From Burkholderiales bacterium (GTDB taxonomy: Bacteria; Pseudomonadota; Gammaproteobacteria; Burkholderiales; SG8-39), in contig JBJMWH010000253.1 of the NCBI GenBank assembly GCA_045810245.1, positions 1 through 25,250 on the forward strand: DNA of 25,250 bases, read 5' to 3'. The notes beneath the pieces are model-generated. The model ran no database searches. It had not been told where the DNA came from and saw only the letters and a list, made by a program, of their open reading frames with translations. The translations under genes were made by a program, and so were the position numbers. Within the stretch, counting starts at the first letter, position 1; the number at the start of each line of letters is the position of its first letter. Shown in pieces: positions 23,670 through 25,250 of the stretch.

Positions 23670-25250
23670 TCATTTCCAGGCCGTGTTGCCGATGGCGAGT
23701 CGGGCGAGCCGGCGCCGGTGGCCGTAGAGCAGGTTCACCATGGCGCGCGACACCATCACGGCCGAGAACATCGAGGTGAGGATGCCGAGGCAGTGCACCA
23801 CGGCGAAGCCGCGCACCGCGCCCGGCACCATGAGCAGCGACAGCCCGACGATGAAGGTGGTGACGTTGGAGTCGAGGATCGTGGCCCAGGCGCGCTCGTA
23901 CCCCGCCGCGATCGCCGCCTGCGGGGTGGCGCCGCCTCGCAGCTCCTCGCGGATGCGCTCGTTGATGAGCACGTTCGCGTCGATCGCCATGCCGAGCGTG
24001 AGCGCGATGGCCGCGATGCCCGGCAGCGTCAGGGTCGCCTGCAGGAGCGAAAGCAGCGCCACCAGCAAGAGCAGGTTCACGCCGAGCGCAACCGAGGAAA
24101 TCAGCCCGAAGAGCACGTAGTAGACCGACATGAACACCACGATGGCGACGAAGCCCCATTTCGTGGCGTTGAACCCCTTCTCGATGTTGTCGCGCCCCAG
24201 GCTCGGCCCGATGGTGCGCTCCTCGATGATTTCCATCGGTGCCGCGAGCGCACCGGCGCGGATGAGGAGCGCGAGGTTGTTGGTCTCCACCGGCGTGAAC
24301 GAGCCCGTGATCTGGAAGCGGCTGCCGAACTCGCCCTGGATCGTGGCGACCGAGATTGCCTCGCCCTTGCCCTTCTCGAACAGCACGATGGCCATCAGGC
24401 GCTTGAGGTTCTCGCGCGTGGTGTTGCGCATGGCGCGGCCGCCCGCCTGGTCGAGCTCGACAGCCACCGCCGGCCGATGGTCCTGGTCGAAGGTGGCCTG
24501 CGCGCCGACGAACTGGTCGCCGGTGACGATGACCTGCTTCTTGGTCGGGACCTGGCCGACGCTGCCGTCGCGGCGGCGCTCCGGGAACACGTCGGTGCCG
24601 ATGGTGTTGCCGCTACTCATCGCCTGCTCGTCCACCAGGCGCACCTCCAGCGTCGCCGTGCGGCCCAGGATCTCCTTGGCGCGCGCGATGTCCTGGACGC
24701 CGGGCAGCTGCACCACGATGCGATCGGCACCCTGCTGCTGGATGACCGGCTCGGCCACGCCGAGCTCGTTGACCCGATTGTGCAGGGTGCTGATGTTCTG
24801 CTGGACCGCCGTCTCCTGGACGCGCTTGAGCACCTCGGGGCGCAGCGTGCCCACGAGCAGCAGGTCCTGGCCGTCGTCGCGCTCGGCGAGCGCGAGGTCG
24901 GGGATGCTCGCGAGGATGGCGCCGCGAGCCGCCTCGCGCGTGGCCGGGTCGCGGAAGCGCACCCGGATCGCCTGCCCTTCGCGCGTCACGCCACCGTGCC
25001 GGATGTTCTTCTCGCGCAACTGGCTGCGCACGTCGGCCGCGAGGTTCTCGATGCGCTTGAGGCTCGCCGCGGGCATGTCGATCTGCAGGAGGAAGTGCAC
25101 GCCGCCGCGCAGGTCGAGGCCCAGGTACATGGGCAGCGCATGGATCGCGGCCAGCCAGTTCGGCGAGGCCGGCAGCAGATTGAGCGAGACGGTGTAGGTC
25201 TTGTCGGACGGATCGGGATTGAGCGCCGTGTCGAGGATGTCTCTCGCCTT
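23670..25250 (-). CDS. secD: Protein translocase subunit SecD (5'-truncated by the window)
   Basis: The frame is open from the window edge. LGLDLRGGVHF, LGVAEPVIQQQGADRIVVQLPG, EERTIGPSLG and GMAIDANVLINERIREE. Confidence 0.97.
   Translation of the reverse strand, partial: KARDILDTALNPDPSDKTYTVSLNLLPASPNWLAAIHALPMYLGLDLRGGVHFLLQIDMPAASLKRIENLAADVRSQLREKNIRHGGVTREGQAIRVRFRDPATREAARGAILASIPDLALAERDDGQDLLLVGTLRPEVLKRVQETAVQQNISTLHNRVNELGVAEPVIQQQGADRIVVQLPGVQDIARAKEILGRTATLEVRLVDEQAMSSGNTIGTDVFPERRRDGSVGQVPTKKQVIVTGDQFVGAQATFDQDHRPAVAVELDQAGGRAMRNTTRENLKRLMAIVLFEKGKGEAISVATIQGEFGSRFQITGSFTPVETNNLALLIRAGALAAPMEIIEERTIGPSLGRDNIEKGFNATKWGFVAIVVFMSVYYVLFGLISSVALGVNLLLLVALLSLLQATLTLPGIAAIALTLGMAIDANVLINERIREELRGGATPQAAIAAGYERAWATILDSNVTTFIVGLSLLMVPGAVRGFAVVHCLGILTSMFSAVMVSRAMVNLLYGHRRRLARLAIGNTAWK

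Noticed and set aside
1-25250. CRISPR array, tRNA/rRNA, integrase or transposase
   Set aside because: No regularly spaced repeats with unique spacers, no cloverleaf or rRNA signatures, and no recombinase motifs in any frame examined.

Overview
A GC-rich bacterial chromosomal segment, most likely Betaproteobacteria (inferred from the gene set and the nudJ-mnmA...gst...purB synteny). It is mostly core genes. In order: the end of a type II secretion operon (gspL-M-N); a GcvA-like LysR regulator divergent from two tiny ORFs; an IF-1 paralog; an hsp20-lon pair; a 740-bp stretch with no convincing CDS; a secreted/membrane hypothetical; glutamine-dependent nadE; a small DUF6516/TumE-like gene plus an HTH gene; a class III aminotransferase; corA; a class I/II aminotransferase; nudJ; mnmA; ppk2; a GST; a UDG-family gene; purB; a membrane-fused spermidine-synthase-like gene; and secD followed by two tandem secF genes. 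No tRNA, rRNA, CRISPR array or transposase was seen. Best leads: (1) a LysR-controlled, apparently leaderless two-small-protein operon whose 3' region folds into a hairpin with a (CCU)5 anti-Shine-Dalgarno-like loop ahead of a terminator; (2) a second secF carrying an apparently duplicated periplasmic domain and bracketed by REP-like palindromes; (3) a putative multi-hairpin sRNA with a GacA-box-shaped palindrome upstream; (4) a TumE-like/HTH pair lacking the usual His motif, whose operator lies in the nadE promoter; (5) several -10 boxes 6-8 nt before start codons. All family assignments come from motif recognition only; no database searches were run.
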